Virus record (IMG/VR): IMGVR_UViG_3300013132_004380
DNA: 20,000 nt
Origin: an uncultured virus (IMG/VR IMGVR_UViG_3300013132_004380)
Taxonomy: Duplodnaviria > Heunggongvirae > Uroviricota > Caudoviricetes
Reading direction: 5' to 3' (one strand)
Shown here: in pieces, positions 7,968-16,606 of the stretch
Numbering within the stretch: position 1 is the first letter of the stretch
Layout of the letters: each line of letters begins with the position of its first letter
Program-made: the position numbers and the translations under genes
The notes under the pieces: model-generated
Databases searched by the model: none
Seen by the model: the letters and a program-made list of their open reading frames with translations, nothing else
What the model was told of the DNA's origin: nothing

Positions 7968-8125
7968 TCTTCGGATTCTTTACTATTAGGACCTTCAATA
8001 TACTGTTTAACTGCCCGCATCAAACGACGTGAAGTATCGTAAACAAACTCTTGGTCATCTTCTTCACTGTGAACTACAAGAATGAAGCCATTTGCGGCTC
8101 GACGAATTTCAATCGATTCAAACAT
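7964..8125 (-). CDS. small hypothetical protein (53 aa, absent from the ORF track)
   Basis: MFESIEIRRAANGFILVVHSEEDDQEFVYDTSRRLMRAVKQYIEGPNSKESED*. Strong SD GAGAGG, fills the gap, and its TGA is inside the downstream TTGACA. Confidence 0.75.
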   Translation of the reverse strand: MFESIEIRRAANGFILVVHSEEDDQEFVYDTSRRLMRAVKQYIEGPNSKESED

Positions 8126-8167
8126 GTTATTACCTCTCTTTTTAAGAGTATAACAGATTAATTTTTA

Positions 8168-8554
8168 TTATGCAATCTTTTTAAACACCGAATGCAGAAC
8201 GTGACTAGCAGAATCGAAATGTTTTTCCATTATAGTTAAGTTAGCTAATCCGTATGCTATTTGGCCCATATCTCTGTAATAAGTTTTGCTAGGCCATTTG
8301 TTTCGTCGAAATGGAAAACTGTTAATTAATAAACACTCATCTGCTATAGGTTGATAATCTTTGCCCGTTTGCATTGCTGTCAACATCTGGACTGCAACAG
8401 GCGTTTCCCCTATACCCGTTCGTTCAAAATTAGTTGCAAATAAGTGAACAATGTAAGCTTCTACTTCATTGTCGAGATAGGTAGACGTTTGACCTTCAAT
8501 CTCTAAAATAAGGTCATACGCTACACGACGATATTCAAGCCAATGGGGACTCAT
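8168..8554 (-). CDS. hypothetical protein
   Basis: 128-aa ORF contiguous with the upstream operon. Confidence 0.7.
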   Translation of the reverse strand: MSPHWLEYRRVAYDLILEIEGQTSTYLDNEVEAYIVHLFATNFERTGIGETPVAVQMLTAMQTGKDYQPIADECLLINSFPFRRNKWPSKTYYRDMGQIAYGLANLTIMEKHFDSASHVLHSVFKKIA

Positions 8555-8562
8555 ACATATAT

Positions 8563-9045
8563 TTAAACATTTCTTCTAATATTTAAATAACTAGGCTGCT
8601 TATTATACAAAAACTCTTCCCAAATGTCTGTAAGTTCCTGATCTGTTTCAGGTTTATAGATTCTGATGTTAGGAAATACCGACAAAGCACAGACATCATC
8701 TTCTGCCCAATGGCTGAATCCCAAATGGCCATAATCTCTGTCTCTGCCTGCTCCTACCAATTTGACCGGAGCCAGTTCTTCATTCAAATAATTTCTAAGC
8801 CATTCGTAAGGTCTAAAAATAACAAATGGTGTAATACTGTAGCAAATAGGAATTCTATCATTATGACTGAGGCCCACTGCTGCTCCTACCATAAGTTGTT
8901 CGCTTGCTCCCATGTTCAAACTACGGTTAGGAAAAGTTTTTCTAACCTGATCCAAGACACCAAATCCCAAATCCCCGGTCAGAGTCCAAATACGTGGATC
9001 CGTGCACATTGAATCAAACAATAATTCGCTAAACAATTTTCTCAT
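8563..9045 (-). CDS. transketolase-like, pyrimidine-binding subunit
   Basis: LTGDLGFG, NMGASEQLMVGAAVGL, RPYEWLRN and GFSHWAEDD. It lacks the C-terminal third domain. Confidence 0.88.
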   Translation of the reverse strand: MRKLFSELLFDSMCTDPRIWTLTGDLGFGVLDQVRKTFPNRSLNMGASEQLMVGAAVGLSHNDRIPICYSITPFVIFRPYEWLRNYLNEELAPVKLVGAGRDRDYGHLGFSHWAEDDVCALSVFPNIRIYKPETDQELTDIWEEFLYNKQPSYLNIRRNV

Positions 9046-9650
9046 AGTTTTTCCAAATCGTCAGGCTTCAAAACATAGTAATGAGTTAACACTCCCTCAG
9101 CAAACTTCCATTTCGGAGGTTCGGTATTTCTTATATTAATTGACGGCAAAAATGCAGTCAATCTTTTATTCATATAATCTCTGTCGATCATGTCATATGC
9201 AATCATACCATTTACATTTGCATAAACTTTAAGATTAGTTAATTTGGCCTCATGAATGAATCTTAAACTTTCCCAAATACTGCCTTCATTGGCTTCTCCA
9301 TCACTAATAAGACAGTAAACGTCCCGTGAAGTGTCTGCTAATGCATAACCAACTGCAACCGTTAGACCCTGTCCTAAACTTCCTGTAGAACAATAGATTC
9401 CATCACCGACTGACCTATGAGGATGTACTCCATGTTTATGAAACAGTTTTTCTGCATTCTTAAGTTGATACTTTTCAAGTATTACATAAAGAGCAAGTGC
9501 AGCATGACCTGAACTTAAAATAAAAATATCATCAGGACGTTTAGTTTTATAAATTTCTTCAATTATGTTTACTGCATTAAGATTAGAACTTAAATGCCCG
9601 ATTTTTTCTTTGTAGCTAATATCTATAATTCTTTTTTCAACATCATTCAT
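9042..9650 (-). CDS. transketolase-like, TPP-binding subunit
   Basis: GHLSS, FILSSGHAALALY, STGSLGQGL and the TPP motif SDGEANEGSIWE...N. Confidence 0.9.
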   Translation of the reverse strand: MNDVEKRIIDISYKEKIGHLSSNLNAVNIIEEIYKTKRPDDIFILSSGHAALALYVILEKYQLKNAEKLFHKHGVHPHRSVGDGIYCSTGSLGQGLTVAVGYALADTSRDVYCLISDGEANEGSIWESLRFIHEAKLTNLKVYANVNGMIAYDMIDRDYMNKRLTAFLPSINIRNTEPPKWKFAEGVLTHYYVLKPDDLEKL

Positions 9651-10458
9651 AATATGCTGTCTCTAAAAATTTTTGTATACCTTGTTCCAACGTAAACTTC
9701 GGCGACCAACCATATCGTACATTAATTCTATCATAATTACACTTCCAAACCGGTGGTGTAACAAATTTATCAATTAGTTCAACGTTACCCGATTGTCCAG
9801 TCAGTTTACGAAATATTTCTAATACTTGCAAATTAGTATATTCTATTCCCGAACTTACATTAAGAATTTCACCAGGTATGCGTTGTTTACTTTGGAGTAC
9901 AAGATCTACTGCCGCAACAAAATCGTCGATGTAACAAAAATCATGAACCCCATTTACTAATTGCATTGCACGATTTAATTTAAAACTGCGCCATAAGTTA
10001 GGAAATAATCTATGTGGTTGTTCACCCGGACCGTATGGACTATATGGACGTAAAATAGTTACATCCGAACCATACATGTTAGCATAGGTTTGACACAATA
10101 TTGTAGCAATACCTTTTGTGCCTGCATACATGTTTACTGGGTCAATTGCATCTGTTTCGGTCGTAGCCCTCGAATACTTATTACCGTATTCGCTACTAGA
10201 CCCAATTTGTATCAATGCAGAGTAAGTATGGCCTTTGATATAGTCTAAACATGATTTTACTAATTCAACATTAGATATCCACATGTCATCTGCATTATAT
10301 ATTTCAGCACCACAATTAATTATTACGTCAGGTACAAAGTGCTTTAGTTGAGCAGATATATCTTCTGTTCGTTTAAAAGAATGGATGTCATGTTCCTGGT
10401 AAAACTTTCGTAAATTACTGCCAATGAAACCACTAGCACCAGTCAAAAATATTTTCAT
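9643..10458 (-). CDS. NAD-dependent epimerase/reductase (extended SDR, NDP-sugar)
   Basis: TGASGFIG, GSSSEYG, YAGTK (YxxxK), RPYSPYGP and HDFCYIDD. Confidence 0.9.
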   Translation of the reverse strand: MKIFLTGASGFIGSNLRKFYQEHDIHSFKRTEDISAQLKHFVPDVIINCGAEIYNADDMWISNVELVKSCLDYIKGHTYSALIQIGSSSEYGNKYSRATTETDAIDPVNMYAGTKGIATILCQTYANMYGSDVTILRPYSPYGPGEQPHRLFPNLWRSFKLNRAMQLVNGVHDFCYIDDFVAAVDLVLQSKQRIPGEILNVSSGIEYTNLQVLEIFRKLTGQSGNVELIDKFVTPPVWKCNYDRINVRYGWSPKFTLEQGIQKFLETAYYE

Positions 10459-11774
10459 TGAAACAAACTTAGAAAATTCTCAACTTTATAACCAATATAG
10501 TCTATCTGTTCTGCAGTAATCACAGGACTAGTACCATGAAAAAAAGTATTAGTCATCGCAAAAGTTGCGTTTGGATATTTAGTTTTTGCTAGTTTAGGAT
10601 CCATAAGATGACTGTAAGCGGGCTGCAGCATAATGTTGCCGGCAAAATATGGCCTAGTTTGAATTAGATTCTCTTCGAGATAGTCCACAATATCATTTCT
10701 TGTAAATGGCGCACCTTGCCTAATCGTCAAAGGAAATGCAAACCAACTAGGATCTGATTTGGCTTGTGGTCTAGGCAAATGAAAAAATTCTTCATATTTT
10801 TCATAAACTTTAAAAAGCAAATTGTAATTGCGTTTACGGAGAGCATGAATCCTTGGCAGTTTTTCCAACTGTCGCAACCCCATCGCGCACTGAAGTTCGA
10901 TCGGTTTTAAATTATAACCAATTTCGTCGTAAACATATTTGTGATCAAAAATTTCGTCGGGCATGGTTTCAATCCAATTGCTGAATCGTTTACCACAGGT
11001 TCCACATTTAAGTTTATTTGCTTCAGGCCCAACACAATAACATCCTCGACCCCACTCGCGAAAACTACGCAGAATTACATCGGTGGTAGGATCATCTGTA
11101 GCTACATACCCACCTTCTCCCATGGTCATATGATGTGCTGGATAAAAACTACAACTAGCCATTAGGCCAAAAGATCCTAATGGCTGTCCATCGTAAGTAC
11201 TTCCTAAAGCATCGCAACAATCCTCTAATAGAACTAAATTATATTTTTTCACTAATTCCATGACATGATCCATGGCTGGGGGATTCCCCAAAACGTGAGC
11301 AAATGTAATTACCCTAATGTCGGGATTTAGTTTTAAAATTTGTTCAGCTTGATTGGTATTTAGATTAAGTGTATCTAGTTCAATGTCGACAAATACCGGT
11401 TGAAAACCAACTTGCAATGTGGGGTTAAGAGTAGTAGGAAACCCTGCAATAGGCATTAACACTTTAGTGCCTTTAGGTAAGTTATAGCCTCTTTTACTGG
11501 TCAGTGCGCTCATCATTAATAGATTACTACTACTACCACTATTAGTAACAATGCCTTTAGATTTTCCAAAATATTTAGGGAAAGTTCTTTCGAATTCTAA
11601 GCCAGCTGATCCCATAGCTAGCCATCCTTTGAGCAGACTTTCTACTCCTGCTACATATTCTTCTTCGTCATAGTATGCTCCTGCATAATTGACAAAATCT
11701 TGTCCAGCTTCCCAGGTTTTATTGTTTTGTTTTTGTTTAATATATTCGCGTACTTGATTTAAAATTTGTTCCAT
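10455..11774 (-). CDS. rfbH: RfbH/DdhC-type NDP-4-keto-6-deoxyglucose 3-dehydratase (PMP and Fe-S dependent; DegT family)
   Basis: NSGSSSNL, EDCCDALGS, SFYPAHHMTMGEGG (His in place of the Schiff-base Lys), Cys-rich WGRGCYC...CGTCGKRF and DHKYVYDEIGYNLK. Confidence 0.9.
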   Translation of the reverse strand: MEQILNQVREYIKQKQNNKTWEAGQDFVNYAGAYYDEEEYVAGVESLLKGWLAMGSAGLEFERTFPKYFGKSKGIVTNSGSSSNLLMMSALTSKRGYNLPKGTKVLMPIAGFPTTLNPTLQVGFQPVFVDIELDTLNLNTNQAEQILKLNPDIRVITFAHVLGNPPAMDHVMELVKKYNLVLLEDCCDALGSTYDGQPLGSFGLMASCSFYPAHHMTMGEGGYVATDDPTTDVILRSFREWGRGCYCVGPEANKLKCGTCGKRFSNWIETMPDEIFDHKYVYDEIGYNLKPIELQCAMGLRQLEKLPRIHALRKRNYNLLFKVYEKYEEFFHLPRPQAKSDPSWFAFPLTIRQGAPFTRNDIVDYLEENLIQTRPYFAGNIMLQPAYSHLMDPKLAKTKYPNATFAMTNTFFHGTSPVITAEQIDYIGYKVENFLSLFQ

Positions 11775-11777
11775 GCA

Positions 11778-12725
11778 TCACCAAATAAAGTTTTCTTTAT
11801 AGTATTGTACAATCTTTGCTAACTCTGTGTCAAAGTCTGCATAAGGTTTCCAACCTAACTTACGTAGTTTTGAATCATCTACGCTGTATCGAACATCTTG
11901 ACCGGCTCTTACCATGTGTTCGATGTAATCGTCAATTGGGCCCGTTAACCCCATCAAACTAACAATTTTTTTAACCACTTCAATGTTTTGTGTTTCGTAG
12001 TTACCGCTGACATTGAATATTTCATTTGTAACTCCGGAATTAATAATTTGTAATACCGCTTTGGCTGTGTCATTGGCGTTTAACCAGGTACGTACAGGTG
12101 TACCTTGATTATGTAAATCCACTTTTCTGCCTACACTTAAATACTTTACACTTTTTGGTATAAGTTTTTCAACATACTGGCCAATTCCGTAATTATTTGT
12201 AGGTCTTACAATTATGTAGGGCATATTATAAGTTCTGCCCCAACTTGTAACCAAATGATCTGCTGCAGCTTTAGTTGCACTGTAAGGATTACTAGGTTTT
12301 AGTAAATCTTCCTCAGTGTGAGATCCTGCTTCAATATCACCATAAACTTCATCTGTGCTAAAATGTAAAAACACAGGTCGTTTGTATTTCTTTTTGTTTA
12401 GCATTTTAAGTAAATGATGGACTCCATTAATATTACTATGCACAAAAGCATCGCTATCTTCGATGCTATTGTCTACATGAGTTTCTGCTGCAATATTAAT
12501 GATGTAATCGCAATCATACAATCTTTCTAGATTATTAATGTCTGCTTTAATGAAATTAAATTGATCTGGATATCTCATCCCCCAACTATCAATCCACCCT
12601 TCATTACTAGCATATGTGCATTTATCAACTCCGATCACATACCAGCCTTTGCTGAGACATAATTCAGTTACATGACTGCCGATAAACCCCAAACAACCGG
12701 TAATATAAACAATTTTTTTACTCAT
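11778..12725 (-). CDS. rfbB: dTDP-glucose 4,6-dehydratase-like (RmlB/RfbB)
   Basis: TGCLGFIG, DKCTYA, AAETHVDNSI, STDEVYGD, PYSATKAAAD and EKLIP. Confidence 0.88.
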   Translation of the reverse strand: MSKKIVYITGCLGFIGSHVTELCLSKGWYVIGVDKCTYASNEGWIDSWGMRYPDQFNFIKADINNLERLYDCDYIINIAAETHVDNSIEDSDAFVHSNINGVHHLLKMLNKKKYKRPVFLHFSTDEVYGDIEAGSHTEEDLLKPSNPYSATKAAADHLVTSWGRTYNMPYIIVRPTNNYGIGQYVEKLIPKSVKYLSVGRKVDLHNQGTPVRTWLNANDTAKAVLQIINSGVTNEIFNVSGNYETQNIEVVKKIVSLMGLTGPIDDYIEHMVRAGQDVRYSVDDSKLRKLGWKPYADFDTELAKIVQYYKENFIW

Positions 12726-12726
12726 A

Positions 12727-13491
12727 TTATTTTAGTTCTGTTAACAGCGGTACCCCTAAAGCTTCATTAACTTGTCGCATACATTCTAACTTAGTGGGAG
12801 CATGGCGACTACTATGCCAATGAACTACTTGTGCATCTTGGTAACTACATTGATTCCATTCGTCTTGTACTTCGATCGATGCCCAATTTGGAATCCATTG
12901 TGCTTGATAAAATAGTTCAGGTCTGTGTGCATCTGACCAAGCCAAATCTTGCATCCAAAACATTGTATTGTGGACGATTTGTTGATTATTATAACTATTC
13001 ATTCCTTCAGTTGTGTCCCAAGCAGCTCTCATTTCTCTTTCTTTTTTCCAAAGTTCTTCGGACATTGTATGAGGATAATACTGTAAATCATTGTTGAATA
13101 AATTTTCAAATTTAGCATTATATTGGTTGGGTTCATCCCACTTTTTAGGATCAGTCCAATTAAACAATCTAAATTCAGGAAATTCACCAAAAATTTTAGT
13201 AGGTTTTACAAATTGTACATCTGGCCCAACCCACAGAATATTACAAGGCTCTCGGTGCCACATTTCATATACTAAATCGTTGTTTCTAGGCATTGCAAAA
13301 TTGATGTGGTCCACAGGATCATCAAATAATACATATTCCCACTCACCTTCCAAAAATTGTCGAGCACTACTTAAACTGTGCAAACAAAGTTGACGATAAA
13401 TTTCGTAAATATCGCCTTCATCCTTAGTGTCTTTCCAAACCCATTTTGTGCTTTTGATTCTACGGTGAGCACACACCACATAATTTTTCAT
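12727..13491 (-). CDS. putative GT-A-fold glycosyltransferase-like protein
   Basis: ILWVGPDVQF sits where the DxD motif would be and VVHWH resembles the GT8 C-terminal His motif. It heads the sugar operon. This is inference. Confidence 0.5.
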   Translation of the reverse strand: MKNYVVCAHRRIKSTKWVWKDTKDEGDIYEIYRQLCLHSLSSARQFLEGEWEYVLFDDPVDHINFAMPRNNDLVYEMWHREPCNILWVGPDVQFVKPTKIFGEFPEFRLFNWTDPKKWDEPNQYNAKFENLFNNDLQYYPHTMSEELWKKEREMRAAWDTTEGMNSYNNQQIVHNTMFWMQDLAWSDAHRPELFYQAQWIPNWASIEVQDEWNQCSYQDAQVVHWHSSRHAPTKLECMRQVNEALGVPLLTELK

Positions 13492-13496
13492 TTGTA

Positions 13497-13937
13497 TTAG
13501 ATGTTTAAATATTCGTAATTTACTGTGTCATCATTAATTCTTAGAATCACTGCACCATTTCGAATATGAAATTTTCTGGCCATTTCAGTTACAGGACTCA
13601 AGGTAACAAATCTTTTGATTTCGGGCCTATTAGATCTTATAAAGTGCATACCTTCTCTAATTAATCTTTGACCATAACCAGACTGATAGCTCCATATTGT
13701 ATAAAAAATTGCTGAAGTGGGCATGTTGCTATGTTCTTCAAGAAGTTGTTGTTCATTGATTGGAATATTTTCACAGAACTTTGCACAAACAATTGCACCG
13801 ACTTTGTCTCGATCTTTTAAAACTAAAACGTGCGACCCATGGTCGAACCGTTTAGAGATAGGTATATGAGGCCTTACTGGATCGTCTTTAAGATAAATGG
13901 CTAAAGGATCGTTGATGTCTTTGATAAGGTATAGCAT
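13497..13937 (-). CDS. GNAT-like phage protein
   Basis: FYTIWSYQSGYGQRL (acyl-CoA binding loop-like) and FVTLSP..EMARKFHIRNGA. Confidence 0.55.
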   Translation of the reverse strand: MLYLIKDINDPLAIYLKDDPVRPHIPISKRFDHGSHVLVLKDRDKVGAIVCAKFCENIPINEQQLLEEHSNMPTSAIFYTIWSYQSGYGQRLIREGMHFIRSNRPEIKRFVTLSPVTEMARKFHIRNGAVILRINDDTVNYEYLNI

Positions 13938-13962
13938 AATAGAAACACAATTACTACCTTAT

Positions 13963-14928
13963 TTATTTTGCCCACATCGATCGGTCAATATTCCCTAATC
14001 CTGCGTATCTATTAGACTGTAAAGGATGGAGCAAGTTGTAAGGATTTTGTCTTTTAAAACTGCTAAATTTAATTCGATCTAAAATTTTATTTACTCTAGG
14101 TAAATCAATATCTGGAACTTGTAGGTATTCCAGAACAGTTTGTCTATTAGATACATCTTGGGTTTGGCATAGTGTTAGTAGCGCAATATCAAACTCTAAG
14201 TAACTAAATCCAAATTGATCTTCGTCACCTTCGCTAATTCCTAAACCATCGGTAGGAGTAGCAAAAACTGTGCTTTGCGGAACACCGTAAATTTCTGCCA
14301 GCTTAGGTACTTCCCAACTTTTTATCAAACTTTGAATTGGGGCTAAATCGCCAACGTCACCGTGTAAGGTCCAAAACCCAGCAGCTAATTCACTGAAATT
14401 ATCTGTACTAGCTACCAATCCTTTATTAAGACTAGCAATGTTGTACAATGTAATCATTCTACTTCTTACACGAAGATTGCCACGTCTAATAGAACTATCG
14501 TTGTCATCTATATTAGGATCGTAATCGCGAACACTTGCTAATAAATCTTCATATTGATCAGTAAGATCAATATGCATGTGATCCAATTTTAATGTCTGAC
14601 AGGCTTCAATTCCTCTATCAGTTTCTTCTTGTCGTTGATGAATAGGCATAGTAACACCTATTACATTCCACCCTGCAGATTTAAATAATGCAGAAGTTAA
14701 TGCACTATCTACTCCACCACTCATACCGATTATAGCAGTATTGATATTATAAGTTTGAGAATAAGTGGCCAATCCCCGAACTAATTTTTGACCAACGTCT
14801 TCTAATCCATTTAAGTCAGGATAAACACCCAAAGTAATTAATTCATCTAATTTAGAATCAAACCAAGGAGTTAAAGGCTGCATTTTTTCTTGACGACTAT
14901 ATTGTAAAATTTCTTGTTTGATAGACAT
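13963..14928 (-). CDS. nadE: NH3-dependent NAD+ synthetase
   Basis: GMSGGVDSA PP-loop, GNLRVRSRM, STDNFSE, GFWTLHGD, PTDGL and DEDQFGFSY. Confidence 0.9.
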   Translation of the reverse strand: MSIKQEILQYSRQEKMQPLTPWFDSKLDELITLGVYPDLNGLEDVGQKLVRGLATYSQTYNINTAIIGMSGGVDSALTSALFKSAGWNVIGVTMPIHQRQEETDRGIEACQTLKLDHMHIDLTDQYEDLLASVRDYDPNIDDNDSSIRRGNLRVRSRMITLYNIASLNKGLVASTDNFSELAAGFWTLHGDVGDLAPIQSLIKSWEVPKLAEIYGVPQSTVFATPTDGLGISEGDEDQFGFSYLEFDIALLTLCQTQDVSNRQTVLEYLQVPDIDLPRVNKILDRIKFSSFKRQNPYNLLHPLQSNRYAGLGNIDRSMWAK

Positions 14929-14929
14929 A

Positions 14930-15175
14930 TTATTGAATATTTTGTTGAAGTAATTTTGTATTTAATACAAAGTTTTCTACAGTTAATTTTACTGCCATAG
15001 CTAATAGCAATTGTAATCTTTCCTGATCAGAAGACGCTGAATTAAAATGTTCTAATACTCCTGCTGCAATTAATCGGTATGCCGACTTTTCATCGATAGC
15101 CAGCATACCCCAATCAATTGGATCTGTGATTTCTACTTCTTGCGCTAACTCAACTAGTTGTTCTAGTGTCATCAT
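14930..15175 (-). CDS. hypothetical protein
   Basis: Likely start at ATG 15175 (MMTLEQLVELA..., 81 aa), which removes most of the overlap with the upstream gene. Confidence 0.65.
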   Translation of the reverse strand: MMTLEQLVELAQEVEITDPIDWGMLAIDEKSAYRLIAAGVLEHFNSASSDQERLQLLLAMAVKLTVENFVLNTKLLQQNIQ

Positions 15176-15392
15176 TTCTGAATACCATATAAGGTTGAAT
15201 ATTGTTATCAAAAATTTGTGCCATTTGTCGCCACAACATTTGACGTTCTTCATCTGTCATTCCTGCAAGGTAAGGAAAACTATATCCCCCGGGATCTTTT
15301 TCCTTTGCAAGGCCGTAATCATGTCTCCATGTGTAACACATATCTGTAATAATTTGTTCTCTTGTTTTCAATTTATGTTCTCCAAATTTCAC
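15150..15392 (-). CDS. hypothetical protein
   Basis: 80-aa ORF with short overlaps to both neighbours and AAGGA upstream. Confidence 0.65.
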   Translation of the reverse strand: MKFGEHKLKTREQIITDMCYTWRHDYGLAKEKDPGGYSFPYLAGMTDEERQMLWRQMAQIFDNNIQPYMVFRNDDTRTTS

Positions 15393-15840
15393 TGAATCCT
15401 TCGTCCTTAGTAGGAGGCTCCATTTCTAAATCAAATGCCATTTGTTCTACTATTTTTATTGGAATATTTTTACCGGGCCTGTTATGTAATCGTCGATTTA
15501 ATTCCTCAGAGTCTGGCGTATTGAATACTACAGCAATGTGACGATAATCAGGCAACATTGTAAACTTTCTCCTACGACTAACAATGGAGGTGGAAGTCTG
15601 ATCCCATATGATATCTCGACCAGCAGCTCGAGCTTGCACCACTTGTTCAGCCATTAATTTGACTGCAGTAGGCATATAGGATTTAAACACTTCGTTATAA
15701 GTTTTTCCCTGTGACTGTGCATACTGCTCTACAAAATTATCAGTAGAAACAATAACACAATCTCCGGACCAAGTCTGATTTTGAACCCAAGTAGATTTAC
15801 CGCTTCCGGGCACACCTATTAATTGATAGCAAATTGGCAT
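15373..15840 (-). CDS. P-loop kinase, polynucleotide-kinase-like (AAA_33 type)
   Basis: LIGVPGSGKSTW, VSTD, IIWDQT and RLHNR lid motif. ATG 15840 follows GGAG. Confidence 0.85.
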   Translation of the reverse strand: MPICYQLIGVPGSGKSTWVQNQTWSGDCVIVSTDNFVEQYAQSQGKTYNEVFKSYMPTAVKLMAEQVVQARAAGRDIIWDQTSTSIVSRRRKFTMLPDYRHIAVVFNTPDSEELNRRLHNRPGKNIPIKIVEQMAFDLEMEPPTKDEGFSEIWRT

Positions 15841-15857
15841 GTTATTTCTCCAAAAAT

Positions 15858-16409
15858 TCATTCGCGAGTATGATGTTTCTTTATTTCGTTATTCATAATA
15901 GATTTAACAGCATCATCCATTAAAGTAACAACTTGCCCTGTGGCATCAAATGCAACATCTTTGCAACGATAATGTTCTTGTCCTGTCTTATTGCCATGGA
16001 GATGACCATAAAAATGCAATGATCCTCGATGCATTTGATCCCACTCCAGAAATGGATAATGTGACATTATGATTCTATGTCCATTATAGTTGATTGCCAA
16101 ATACTGATGTATGCTGAGGAAGCAGTCAATGAACCTACGATCCTTTACTAATTTGCTATCGTGATTGCCTTGTACAAGGATTTTATCACCATTTAAACTA
16201 TACAGAATCGATACAGCACGTTCCGCATTTAAAAAAGCCACATCGCCCAAAATATAAACCAGATCACCTGGTTTAACTGATTCATTCCATAGACGGATCA
16301 TTTCAGCGTTCATATGATCAACATCTTTAAAATGTCCACGGGTTTTGGGACAAAATTTTAAGATATTGGCATGTCCGAAATGGAGATCTGAGGTTATCCA
16401 GGTTTTCAT
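15858..16409 (-). CDS. calcineurin-like metallophosphoesterase
   Basis: SDLHFGH, LGDVAF, GNHD, SHYP and GHLH. Confidence 0.9.
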   Translation of the reverse strand: MKTWITSDLHFGHANILKFCPKTRGHFKDVDHMNAEMIRLWNESVKPGDLVYILGDVAFLNAERAVSILYSLNGDKILVQGNHDSKLVKDRRFIDCFLSIHQYLAINYNGHRIIMSHYPFLEWDQMHRGSLHFYGHLHGNKTGQEHYRCKDVAFDATGQVVTLMDDAVKSIMNNEIKKHHTRE

Positions 16410-16445
16410 AGTAGTATTATACCTTATTAAGAAATTCTAGTCAAT

Positions 16446-16469
16446 AAAAAACCCGTGTGAAGCGGGTTT
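16446..16469 (-). terminator. intrinsic terminator
   Basis: AAACCCG-CTTCACA-CGGGTTT followed by TTTATT on the minus strand. Confidence 0.7.
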
Positions 16470-16550
16470 GTAAATTTTTTTTGTGTCAGGAAAATTTACA
16501 AACCCCGCGGCAGCAGCCCATCCCACATTTCGCTCCGGCGGATGCTGAAT
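16446..16550 (-). ncRNA. candidate structured RNA of unknown class
   Basis: GC-rich island in AT-rich DNA with CAGC/GCTG and CATCC/GGATG stems, a perfect 15-bp hairpin (16505-16491 with 16478-16464) and an overlapping terminator. Confidence 0.5.
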
Positions 16551-16606
16551 GAATATTGTAAAAATTACAAGAGTGGGTCAGCAAATTCTACTAGATTCAA
16601 CCTATG

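Noticed and set aside
8563..9650. Frameshifted transketolase pseudogene
   Set aside because: The two ORFs are joined by an ATGA coupling at a domain boundary and keep their catalytic motifs. Split forms are normal in sugar-biosynthesis clusters.
16483..16519. SRP RNA-like TCAGG...AGCAGC on the plus strand
   Set aside because: The intervening sequence does not form the short GNRA-capped helix of SRP domain IV, and local transcription appears to be on the minus strand.
16588..16606. ATAGGTTGAATCTAG as the missing 3' tRNA half
   Set aside because: It only loosely resembles a T-arm, and no acceptor strand complementary to CTGACCG or CCA follows.
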